Shown: positions 36,901 to 50,414 of the stretch, piece by piece
Layout: each line of letters opens with the position of its first letter
How positions within the stretch are numbered: position 1 is the first letter of the stretch
NCBI GenBank assembly: GCA_003344405.1
Contig: NOWV01000164.1
Location: 62,001 to 126,000, forward strand
Length of the DNA stretch: 64,000 nt
Source of the DNA: Trichoplax sp. H2
Taxonomy: Eukaryota
Direction: 5' to 3'
The notes under the pieces: model-generated
What the model saw: only the letters and a program-made list of their open reading frames with translations
Told to the model about the DNA's origin: nothing
The model's database searches: none
Program-made: the position numbers and the translations under genes

Positions 36901-39900
36901 CGAAAATGCAAAATACATGTCTAATTACTATTTCAAATTATTGTCAGTTATTCGAACGATAAATTGATCGCAACGTTGCTTCATTAAAACTTATTTTTAG
37001 ATGAAATAATGACCTACGATCAAATATCACTTCTAAATCATGATACAAAATATTGGCCTTTCTCAACCTTTTATTACGCACCCTAATAAATATAATTGTA
37101 ATACAATGCACTTGAATACTGGATTTACAATTAAGTAGTATGATATAGGTAACAATAGTTTAGTTTAAAAACCGTTTTATAAACTTATTTCTTAACCTTT
37201 AAATAAGTAAGTTAAGCATATTCATACAGTGATTGTCTATTCGAAGATACAGTCAAATATAATTATTAACCTTAATGTACAGTATAAAGCATAGCAATTA
37301 ATTTCATTATCAACTCTATCATGTACGCTTGATAACGTTATTAAAAAACCATTAGCGAACTATCACTTCGGATAGAATAGCTGAATATCATTTAATTTCA
37401 TAAAATATAAAAATATGTATTTTTTCATAACATCAGTTCTATTCTAACAAAGTGAAGCGATGATTGATGAGGTAGTGAATGATATAGAAGTGCCATTTAT
37501 CTAATTAGGTAATCAATTAAGCTGCTTTATCTTCCGATCAACCGTAATATGGGGCATTATAACTGTAGTTCATTTTAATACCTTTCCAGATTGTACTTCG
37601 ATCTTATGTCACCAAAACGATATTATCAATAGTTGCCGAAATGAATGGTAATAGCGCCACCTGTCGCATAATAAAATGAAAAATTTTCAATAAAATGGAG
37701 GACTGACCCCGTTAATAGATTATTAAAAAATCAAATGCAATAAATTATCATATCATCAAAACTATATACGTATTATCCCAAATTTTCCTTTCACAAATTC
37801 TTCATAATTTCTATCGAACTGTTTTTACAATAGCGATCTATCAATAACGTTCTTCCATTAAACTGATGTTATGACAGTATGAATAGGTAGCGATAGAAAT
37901 TAATGGCGATAACTATCTACCTATCTTACCAATTCCATTATCTTCAGCTTATCTTAATTTATAGATACTGTCATGACACCAGAGGAAATCACACTATACC
38001 TTTTTGTCAATTTTGGCCAGCTGTCGACTGTTGTCAAAAAAGTAAGATGGCAATATCTGTCATCACATCAGATCAATATTACTGATCATCATTATTTTTC
38101 GACAGTCCGGCCTTAACTTTATTGACGACGTAATTGACTTTAATTTTTAATATCTATATTTTTTGAAAAGTAGCAATTAACTTACCAATTACTCTGTTAC
38201 TGTTGGTATCCACTTTTCTTCTATACTCAGGAGAGCAGTGATTGCTTTATTCTTCATGTAATTTTACTGTCTATTACAAATAGTATCAGTATTTAATTAT
38301 TTAAACTAGTTACAAGTTAGATATCGTAGTTCACAATAATACTAAAACAGTGACGACATATAACGGTAGGATCAATAATCTTACTTGCATGCCCTCAATG
38401 AGAATTTTGTATTAATTTGTGATCGTATCCAAAGAGAATTGTACTACCGTATAGAAACTGATCATTAGTTACCATTAATAGATGCAAGATATAATTGACA
38501 CGATGAATCACATTCACGATATACAAAAACTGACCGACATTTAGTACTTCAATATTACCAAGAAGACTAAAATTCTTAATAAGCAATACAGAAATAGCTG
38601 AGAATACGGGTATATCCTAATCTCTTATATTACGATACTAACTTAGAATCAATTGATGACAACAGCTGATAGCTGAATAACATCGGCACTTATTCTTACA
38701 ATTGGTATCTATGCTACCCATTCCCATCATTTATTTCTAGAATTATCACTAATTGAGCCTTATGACGGAAGAAATACAGCTAATCTGTAACTGGAGATGT
38801 TGTCTTATTGCTATATGCCGTACAATTCAAAAGGCTAATAACCTTCTGTCCTTAAGAAGTTTATCTTCCTATTTTAAACTATGTTATAATGCCTATTAAG
38901 TTGTAATTTTATTTATATCTTAAAATCTAAGTGAACATTTGGGTACAGGGTAGAAAAATGTGCGTTACTATGCATGTAGAAAAAAATGAAATAAAAAGCA
39001 GTACCACTCCTAGTATCTACCATTAAATCGCTTACAAAAAGCGAGAATATCAAAGCGCTGCGCTCGGTACATATTATAAATCAATTTGCCTTGTAAAAAT
39101 TATAATTATATAACAATTCTTTATGATAAGTATTTCACAACAAAGTAATGTGTGTTCAAGAACTTTTAATTTAAATAGAAATACTCCAATTTTAATAGCA
39201 AAGCAGGACATGCACCTTTAACTGTTGTGCCGTCAATGGCTTTTACATAATAATAATGATTTCTTCCAGTGCAGAACCTCCTGCATGGAAGCTAACGCAT
39301 CCATGTTAGTAGAATCCATCACCATTATACAAATTCATACCAGCGGTCTACTAAATTACGCTTGATTCCGAGTTGCAATATATCAACATCTTTCAAACTA
39401 CTAATAGACTCTGCCTTAGTAGTTCTGAAGCGAAAAGTATAACCTACCGGATTCCCTATCCTTAACAAGGTATAAATTATTTACTCCACTTGGGGATTCC
39501 GTACTAAAATACGCAGTTCATGTTGCTGTGAACCAAAAAAGTAGATGCATATCACTATCTCGGAAGGTATCCGTAGAAGTACTACCGATGTCTTTTGATG
39601 TACAAGGACCTAGGATCATCTACAACATAAAGTATATTAATAATAAATCAGATATGCTTCTATAATGTCTAAATGGATAATATCAGCGGTTATAACTTAA
39701 CTTAACATTCTTTTGTATACCTACAGCTACCTAATCACAAGCAATTTGGGATTTGTTTTGATGAAAGCGTTCAGTCATCTCAGTTAGTTCTAATAGCATG
39801 CATTTGATCGATTAAGCTCAAGATTATGATAAAATCGATCTTGTTGTAACATACCTATCATTACACTAGTTTACCAAAATAAAGTTACATCATTATCTTG

Positions 39901-42900
39901 GCAGTATTTCGCTCGATTTGTCGAATTAATAAAATCGTTTCTGTAGTACTATGAATAGATAAGGCTTTACTAATACCGTCTTTCAATAATAATTAATTAC
40001 TATTCATCCAATCTATTTCTTGCTTCGCCCAAATTTGATAGTTGTCACAATCTAAGACTTGGTGTCATTCAAATGGAAAAGTAGGCATTATTTTAAGTAT
40101 AGTCTGACTATCATGAACAAAGATCATCAGTCAAATTGACATTAATTCCAATTATAATCAACTAAGGTAGGAATACCCATTTCATTATCTACCATGGAAG
40201 AAGAAGTTATTTATTATTTACTATACTAATCAAGCAAAAATAAGTTCATGCAAAATTAATTAAAGAATGAAAAATGTAGATAGGTTTAATACCGGTGCTC
40301 TATCCATTCCTAAATATTTTTTTTTGTCGCCTTTGTTCTATAGTATGAAAACTGATCTTCTTTATTCTCATATAATTCATGTAGTCATCACTTGCAATAC
40401 AGTAAATAGAATTTGAAGTAATCTAACAGTAATCTTTATTGTAAATTCGAATTTGGTACCTACATGACGATGAATTTCTTCTTATGAAATAATATATGGC
40501 AATGAGAATTATACGCAACCAGATCATGTCGATTTTCAAGAATTACGACCAAGTCACCATTAATGTCAAGATCAAATTCTTGCAGTGCTATTAGAAAACG
40601 AATAACTTATTCATTTGTAGACGTCATTTCCGTATGTGAAATTACGTATTGTTAAGAGTTTCGATGATGATTTAAATTGAACAGCGAAGGGACCAATAGT
40701 ATGTGTATAATGGCATCTTAGTTAATTACGATACTATATTATGCAATTTACTAAAGACCTTGATAAAACATATAAAGAGTTAATATTAAAATCCAATCTT
40801 ATCAAAGAGATGCATTTTTATGTAGGATAGTATATAACGTTGCCGTATTTTTCAATAAAATAAACTAGTTATCGCTTATATCCCAGTATATTCGCGTTAG
40901 ACTAATCTGTAAATTCCAGTGTTAGTATTCCTTTGATGATTAATTTCCACATAGCTGCATTTAGAAATTAAATATTAAATTAACGTATTCATTTATTAAA
41001 ACTCAAAAGGCCCGCGCCGAAATGATAGCATCGCCATCGTTCTCCTTAATATCTTGCATAGCAGAAGCGATGACAAAAATATTATATGTCTCTTATTAGT
41101 TAATTATCGCTTGGATTTATTTACTTGTCAACCAGTATATTTTTAAAGATGTTATACTGTATATCAAATATGCTTCTTATTGATCATGTATCGTTTCGAT
41201 TTGTTTACTTATAAACCGTTACGCTTTTAAAGATGTTATATATCAAAAATGTTACATGCTTCTTATTAGTCATGTATTGTTTGAGTTGTTTATTGTTAGC
41301 TATTGCACTTTTAGCATACTGACCATCTACACCGCAAAATTTTTTAATAGCTATAATTATAATTATTGATACTCATAGAAAAGTAAAATTCGCTACTCGA
41401 TAAGTGCAGTTTCCAGTTTCCCTTTGTAAAACTTATCGCGTAATAATTTATTTCCTTATTTTAATAATTTAGTTCAAAGTTAGGATACGATAACTGTAAA
41501 TGCAAATTTCCTTATAAATTAATAGCCAACCTTAATGCCATCTAATCATCTACCAGTGAACATTTATTGCAATACTTCTTCCTGATTTGATCAACCCAGG
41601 TCTGAAATGTTAAAAAATTAGTTTAAACTGATAAGAAATGAATATTTCTACATTATCGAATATATTTCAATGACTATCAAGACATTCAATAGATTTCATT
41701 AACATACCTTTATATTCATATCAATTATGCGATCTTAACATTTATGCACAGTGATATAAGACTTATTTTGACATTTTAGAGCGACCCAACAATGACTTAC
41801 AATGCAAATAATATAATTTATCTATCAGAGCACAAATCATCTAAATATTGAAAAGTAATTTCTTGATACGTTTAAGCAATTTTGTTCTATTCAAATCGTC
41901 TATTTACAGCATAATTAATCTATTATTGATATCTCGATGGATTAAAGTTCTTTTGTTGTTATCTTTAGTTAAACATTATCAGGTAATTGTGAAGGTTCAT
42001 TCCATTATAATACTTTGTTGGAGAATATCACATGAAAGAAAAATGGATATTTGAGCTGTGTATCTATATAGGTAGGCAATCGTTACCTAATAATAATATT
42101 TTATCTAAGACTATACCCAATCAATTTATCTTTAGCCAAATATAACCGATTTATTCATGACTATATCATGTAAATACTACTATCAAATTTTACTAGCAGT
42201 AAGCTATTGTTAGAAATTAAAATTGTTAGTATACATTATACATTAGCAATCGAATAATCTAGGAGTTATTTAATTTTATCCTGGTGAGATTGCCATAAAT
42301 CATTACTACTACTAGTCTAGTTGAGCATCCTAATATTAAATATTATTATTTAGATTAGTATAGTACTACGATCCGTTGCTACTTTCAATAAGATAATGTT
42401 ATTTCAATCATTCTTATAAGTTAATAATCGAATCATGATTGATTATTGGACTGATAAATTATCCCTACCAACTCATAGTTTTCGGTTCAATCCCTCATAA
42501 TGCTAACTCATTAAATATACGTATAAATAAACCCTTGAAGGCTTCATATTTCTCATCCATCATATGGATATCTCTATAAAATTGCCCTAATCAATCCACT
42601 CTAACCACTACACCTACTATAAATGATTAACTCTTCAAAGTAATGACCACTAGAAAGTGTTTCCAATATTAAGAATCATTTGTACCTGCTACAGATGAGA
42701 CAGACGTGGATTATATTCTCACCTGGCATCCCCAATTTATCCTTAATTGTAAATGAATCGAATAGCTATAACAAGTCCATCAAAAATATCAAAATCAATC
42801 AGACTAGTCTAGACATGATCATAACGATAATTTTTTATCACGTGAATATTCAATTCATGATGAGTTTATTGTATAATACTTCTTCTGAAGCTAAGCACCT

Positions 42901-45900
42901 TAACATGGCCGTATTACCGTATTTATTCCTTCGAAAATTTTTAAAAATATCACAGAATTGCCTAAATCGCCTTTGATATTTGCTGGGTAAAAATAACTGT
43001 TCAGCACTCCATAGTCTCGTCTTATCAGTTCAATTATGTACACTCCATTTATTCACTTGTAAGCTAGCAGTAATGTTAAAAATGTTGTTAGATTTTGCAA
43101 AACGTCTTAGAATTGTCTTAATTCCTTTTAATACCTGTCCGTTAGCTTAGCAGATACGTGAGTTAGCTCGTTATTTAGTTATAAGCCATCAGCAAATTAA
43201 AACTGTTATAAATATTCGTAAGATAAAATCTATTAGCTTAATAGATAGTACAATTGCCTCATTAGATTAACTTTAATTGACATGTCGCATTTAGATAGAA
43301 GTCATCAGTAACTTAGAAAGTACTTTATAGATTGGGTGTTAACTTATCCAGCATAGGATCTGGATATACTTGTAGTGACATCCGATGAATTTATGATTGT
43401 CCAAACCTAAATTTAATTTATTATTGATCGGAATTGTTCATTTGCGTTATATCTGACATGCTAATCATATTACGGAATTGAAAGTAATATTATTGATAAT
43501 AATGAAACATGCACATTTATCATAAGCACGGTACTAGAAATCGTTTGCAGGCGTTATGATAGATTAAGTATTCATAAGAAATAGTAGATAATAGTTATAT
43601 TGCACAGCTAAAAGGTAGAAAATAGAGACTAAATATCCTATTATGGTTTTGATTATGGATCTTAGATCTCACAGTGTACATGATTAGGCCTTAGGTACGC
43701 TAAAGTATACAGTCAGCTAATTTTTTTCTCCCACACAAAGCAAACTATTGACAGATAATTATAGTCAGTTACGCTCAGTCATTATGCTTGACCTTTTCAC
43801 TAGCAGTATTGGCATGCTTGCTTTCAGTGAATATAGAAAATAAATAATTTAAGTTCATTCAATGTATTGGAATTGTTTGATATCTATCATTTTCCACTTG
43901 TTAGTAGCTAATGAATAATGCTCAATGATAGTAAGAAATTGCTTTTCTTCAGTAAATATATAGTTGTATATTGAATTAAATTGTGTTTGATATCTATGAC
44001 AATTGTAGAAGCCAAGGTATAAATCTTTAGTAAGTTTATAATTGCAAATTATAAATTCAGTCAAGGTGCAGCTTCAATTAAGTTAACTTAAGCTAGGGTC
44101 GCTCCCAAATTCAGAGGATTAGATTATTGTATTGTTTACTATAAATTTTCATGCAAGAGAGTAATTAGTTGAACTATGTACAGGACGTGAATTAAAATTA
44201 TATTTTTACTGATTTTGCTGTAGGTAAATCATATCTCTAGTATTTCTAGTGCTAAATTACGATATTTTAAATAAGGGCATTTAGAAACTGTTTAGTTTTC
44301 TTTCCGAAGAGGTTCTGAACAGTAATTTTTGTACTTGATAACAATATCGATCAGTAAATTGTTACCACACTCATCACCAGGCACTTCTAAGAGAAGTCCC
44401 TGGCGATCACCTTGATCTTAATTTTCCAAACAATAATCATGAGCGTAATTCATAATTATAATGACAGCAATAAATCAACTCTTGGTCAGCCCTCAGTTAT
44501 AAGTATTTTCGTTCACGATTTTGCTGATCCGATGGCAATGACAACTAATAAATCATTTCGTGGTAATTCGTGAACAAATATGCAAAATTTAAATGATAAA
44601 GAAATTATTCGGTGATAAATCACAACTAGTACTCAGCTTTTAACCTTAAAATTTACAATACCTTCAATACATTTAATAACTGTCCTATAAATACTAAATT
44701 TCAATAATGATTAATAATGATTTCTTAGCATTCATATTATTACATGCCTTCCGATAATTTATTTTAGATGTTAGATGAAGGATTTATAATACCATTTAAG
44801 CAAATATTACGATAAATTAAAATTAGATGCATGTCAATACATCAAAGTCTCATTTCTCCTGATCTTCTTTCGATAAATTTTCTCCCAAATTTTCAATGCA
44901 GTCATTCTATCTTTATCTGTTACGTAATTAAATCTAAATGGACTATAATCATATGCGATATTATACCATAGAAAATAAAATCTAGAAATAATTAACGTAT
45001 CATGAAAATTTATCTCCCTTCCACTTTTGTATATCTAGACAATCTGAAAGAATAAGATATTAAGACGTAAAATTATTGGATACATCAAATATCTTGGTCC
45101 AAATACTAATAGAATTTAGTTATAGAAGGAGAGATTAAATTTAAATCGATAAGCTTACTCATATTTAATATTGACTAGGCAATCTAATCAAAGAAATATT
45201 AGATAAAACGATTCTTATAAAAATTAGATTTAGCTCACTTCATGTTCTGCAGACTTTTCTTATTTGCACAATATTCCTAAGCAAGAGCCATGTTTCTTCA
45301 ATCGCAAATATACTTTAGACAACGACAGGAATTTTTAGTAACGTTGCTCAAAGGATCATCAACTGAAATTCTGTAGCTCCGTATCCAATCTTTAGTCAAT
45401 CAATGCCATTGCTATCAGTTTATCCAAATGAATGCTAGTATGTATCGAAAAGAAATCATTAATGTAAAAGTATATCGAACGGTATCTGGCAAGATTTTCC
45501 TATTTTCGAATCCTACTGGATTCGTAAAATATTAATCTCTTTTGTAATAACTCGACTATCTTCGTAATTTCATTCGAAATAGAGCTACTGCAATCAATTT
45601 TTGACTACAAAAGAGGAATGAAACCAACTAGTCAAGTTTCAATTCTTATCCTATTTATTTTCATTCCTTTTTAGCTAGGGTTGTATTCTTTTACCCGCTA
45701 TTCAATACCTACTTCAAGGCATAAAAAAAGAGGAAAAAAATATAATATAATCATTAATTCTATACCTATTTCAGCTACAATTTGATACTAGTAGTGATTG
45801 AAAATTATTGCCAATATCAATAATTAGTCAGGAGTGTGATTCGAAGGAATAATTATAGCTTTGTTAGGATTAAATATTTTTTTGGTCTCTTATATTCTAT

Positions 45901-48900
45901 CTATGTATATGCATGTGGATACTATAGCAGTTCAATTGTTCGTCAGAAAAGCATTAAGATGAAAAGTATAAACTTTGATTTTCTCTACATATGAAAGGGT
46001 AAAATAAAATAGAAGACTGATTTGACCGGTATTATCAGATAAGCTGTGCATATGACACGTAAGAAAGATTAGTATTTTTGGATAACTATCGTACTCGTGG
46101 AAAAACAATTTATATCAGTATATCCGAACAATATATGATCGTAATTGATGACATTCCGACAACTAAGCCGTATAAGTGCGAATTAAAATAACTGAATGTA
46201 TGTTCTAAATATATAAATGAACAAACCGAAAATGCAGTAAAATAAATAGCGAACTAAATGTACATGTAACGGATAGCATTCTACCATCAAGAGGATAAAT
46301 ATGAATAAATATCATCTTGATATTTAGTTTCAATATTTGCTGTACAAAGATCAAATAGACATCAAACAAATAAAGATGTTCGGATGTAATACTGAATATA
46401 GGCCGGATCATATCCAAATATGGCCCGTAGTCATAGGATAAAAGTATAAAATATTAGTAATTTCATCGATGATGGTCTTATTCTATCATAAAAGATCAAT
46501 ACAAATCTTACCTTTTCCGCTATCAAGGTCGGACAACAATACTATTATTGATTTTTTTATCTTGTCAAATAGGAAAGTAATTGAATTATCGCAACTTATC
46601 TACAGTTAATTTTCATTTATCATTCCCTTGTGATTGGCTTTATTTTACCCACCTGTCTCTAAGATTGACAACAGACATATTATCAATCAACATGATGATA
46701 ATAAAAAATCGATTACCATCTTACACTATAGATATTTATTTTATCTTGCTAATCTAGTATCTTTATATCAATCTGTGATTGTCTTCAATTATTCCTCGTT
46801 GACAGCACTAGTTGTTGATGATTGAGTTAATTATACGTTATTTATTTATTACTGACATCACATCACCCTTTCATGACGGCTTAAATAATGAGTAGAGAAG
46901 ATGCCGTAACTGGTAGCATCACCAAAAGCTATTTAAATGATTCAATTCTCATTTTATTCGGTAAAATATTCCTAGCTTACCTTGCTTCTATCTCTTACTT
47001 ACTCACTCACTTTCCAATTTGCAAGTAAAGTGATACGTGATATTATTACATAACTCTAAGGTAAATGGTAACGGATCTCTTTTCTTATTTCTTTATCAGT
47101 ATTTTTAAATAGTCTTGGGGTTTTGCTGGTATTTCCATTATATTCGTCATTGAGTCTGAAATTTTTAGGCCTTTTTCTAATTCTTTGACTAATTTGATAT
47201 CTCAATTTTTGTCTAGGATCATCAATTTTCAGAAACTGTGGTCTTTTTAATCTAGTGAAAAGGTAAAGCAAACTATTTACTTACTAAGGTTTTCGATGGA
47301 GAATGTAACCATGTATCTCATAGAATTTGATGTCTAACTTAAAAATACCAATAGCTAGCAATAATATAAAAGACCTGCTATTAAAATTTAAGAATATTAA
47401 ATGAATATTACTAGTAAAATTTCATTAGCATCCTCTAGCTAAGAGATAAAGGATACCTAATGTCCAAAGCAAATCTGCATACAGTTATTTATGCCTTGCT
47501 ATAATTTTATTGCAGTTAAAAAAGCGCTAAATTGCGATCATATTTAAGATTGCAAAATCGAAGGTCTGCTATATTTTTTCATTCTTAGATTAGTCTCATT
47601 ACTTCCTAAGAGTTTATTTAATGTCGTCTTAACTTAGTAAATAAAAACATGGAGAATGATGTCTAAGCATGGCATCAAGACAAATCCCTAATAGTAAAAT
47701 TTTGTTGATATGATCATAATTTAGCAGACAATATCTCTACGTGTTTGTGACTACAATATACGCAATCCTTAGATTTATAACAGAGTTAAGAAATATCGCT
47801 AGGTTAACGTAAATAGTTTCCCAATATCTAATGAGCCATAACTATTAAGCAACCTTTGATAAGAGATTATTAGTTCCATAAAAACTGCTACGTGTAGAAA
47901 TCCGATAATAGTTGGCTGATATTTAGTATTAAGAGTAGCTTTATTCAATATGGAGTAGTAGCTTAACCTATAATTTAATTTTTCTTCTATTTTCCAAAAT
48001 CATTCAGGTCCCATCTTAGAATCCCACATTCCACACCTTTTTCCTCGAAATTCAAAGGCTGCAGGTATATTACTAACTCGACTACCGATCTTGAGATAGT
48101 TATTTAGGTATCCATTAGAATCGAACCGTAGTTTTCCTCGACAGCTATTTCTAATACCCTGATTGATGATCATAATAGAACAAGTACAGTTACTAGATGA
48201 ACTTTGAAGTAATAAAGTTTAGCCTTTGATTAGTTATCTTTCCTTTTACAGTAATTATACCGCCTATTAGTTTCCTAAATTCAAGTTACTTAATTTTATA
48301 ACTATTTTCACAAACAAATTAACGTTATCTAATTATTCAAACCGCAATAATAAACAATATTATTTCCGAAAAAAGATGACATATTTATTTACCAAAAAGG
48401 CCTGCTTTTACTCAACATATAAACATCTAATAATTTTATATTAATGATACTATCTTTGATAGATATGAAATGACATTAGGTCCAGTCTTTAGTCTTGCTT
48501 TACCTCTAGAAATATGAAACTAAATTTACTTCATCTGAGCATAATCATAAATATTATTTTGCTAGGAAAATGACATTAAGGGCAAAATCTGATCTAAGTC
48601 AAGATAAAAACAATCAGTAGTCACATTCGAGTAAATAACATATTTACAAAGTATAAAATTCATTCCTAATTACGAAACATGCAATAATCCATGACATATT
48701 GTCATTATTACTGTAGTTTCAAAATTTACAAACTATGGATAATAAAATAATTGAATACCTTTGCATCATTAATGAATCAATTAATTATAATTATAATATC
48801 TGAGAGTGAAGATTTAATATAGTACATTAAATTGACCTAGAGACCCATCAATTTTTACTACCGGTATTGAATAAATAATCAATACTAGGTTATATATATG

Positions 48901-50414
48901 ACTATTTACAATCATCGTTCCGTATCATGGACAGGAAATAATGTATTAATTGAGTGCTAATCTATTATAAATTAAGATATAAATATTTGAATATATTGTC
49001 TTTCTTTATTAACATTTTAATATCTAAAATTTAGTAGTTAAATAATTAGTTAAACAATTTTCTACCTTAGTTATCATTATATAAGTCTATTATTATAATC
49101 ATTAATTATAATGGTGAAGATTTAATCTGCATTTAATTCATACGGAAAGGCCCCAAAAAGCTATTATTGCAATCATACATGTATCTATAGCATACTGTAA
49201 ACACTGTATTTATAAAGAAACAGGGATACTTACTTATTAATCAGTGTAACTATACTAAGTAAGTTCTATTGGATCCAAGATTTCTGGTAAATACAGCATT
49301 CCTTATATCTGTTTTGAAGTAAATAGGTATTAATAGATCATATCTGCATATTACAAGATACAATTTTCAAATAATTATTGCGCGCATAAGCTGCTGTTCT
49401 ACTAAGAATAGGAACTTAAGTTGCTTCCCCTTATAAACTAAAATAGTTTCAGTAGCAATAAATTCTTAATAGTATCATTTAAAATGTCGCATTTAATCAG
49501 TATAATCATCAGCGCTATGAAAATACGGTGAATTATTGCTAGATAGAAATTCAAATCTAAAGTCAAAAATCAATATTTTCGTATATCTATCTTTCTATCA
49601 ATCGCAAGTTATTGCAGCTCCGTAGCCTCGACCATACTAGAAAATTTATCTTAAAAATATGATCAGACAAGATGTATATAATCAGCACTAATAAAGTAAT
49701 TTCATTTCCTTTTCTATCATCATCGACTTGGGTCAGTTTTAAATCTAAATTTTAGTTTTACGAGCAGAAATTCATTAACTTTTTAAATTAGCCAAATTAC
49801 CGGTATAAATCCGCCATATATAATTATATTAATACTTCCCGAGTTAAAAAAAGAAATGAAGAGCGTCTTAATAATCATTCCTATCGTAATATTATCAATC
49901 AGAAAAGATAAATGGCATTTAGTTATTCCTAATCTCATTTCAGTACTTCAGATTACTATAATAATTTATTGGTAAGAGGTTCGATTTTGCCATTTTTAGT
50001 GGAGACTAACATACATAAAATAGATACTAAACGCTCTTTGTCTATAATTAATATAAAATGAACATTATTATTGTACATTGGTGATCTTTCTTATCTTAAG
50101 CTAATTAGAAAGTTAGTAAAGGATAAAATTAAATTAAAAATTATAAGAAAATTTGGGGATAATCAGCTTAAATCTGTTATCGAATTAGCTCGGAAGTGAA
50201 TAATAAATCTATTCGGATTAACATTTTATGCACAGATGTGCCTTAGATATTATAAGGTAATAAAAAAATGTCAATAATGCCATTAAGTGAAGTTAAGTTA
50301 ATTAAGCAGATAAAGCCTCATTTTAATAAGCATTCAAATTATTATTATCGACAGAAGTAAGCAATCAACTTCGATCAAAGATTGTTTAAAATACGATAAC
50401 TTCCAAATCTGGCT

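Noticed and set aside
36230-41295. Small local tandem duplications at ~36233-36357 and ~41140-41293
   Set aside because: Two-copy, degenerate 50-85-bp AT-rich duplications with no sign of function.
43855-44064. Kelch-like phrase IEHYSLATNKWKMI in a 69-aa minus-strand ORF
   Set aside because: A single weak motif with no GG dipeptide and no neighbouring repeats.
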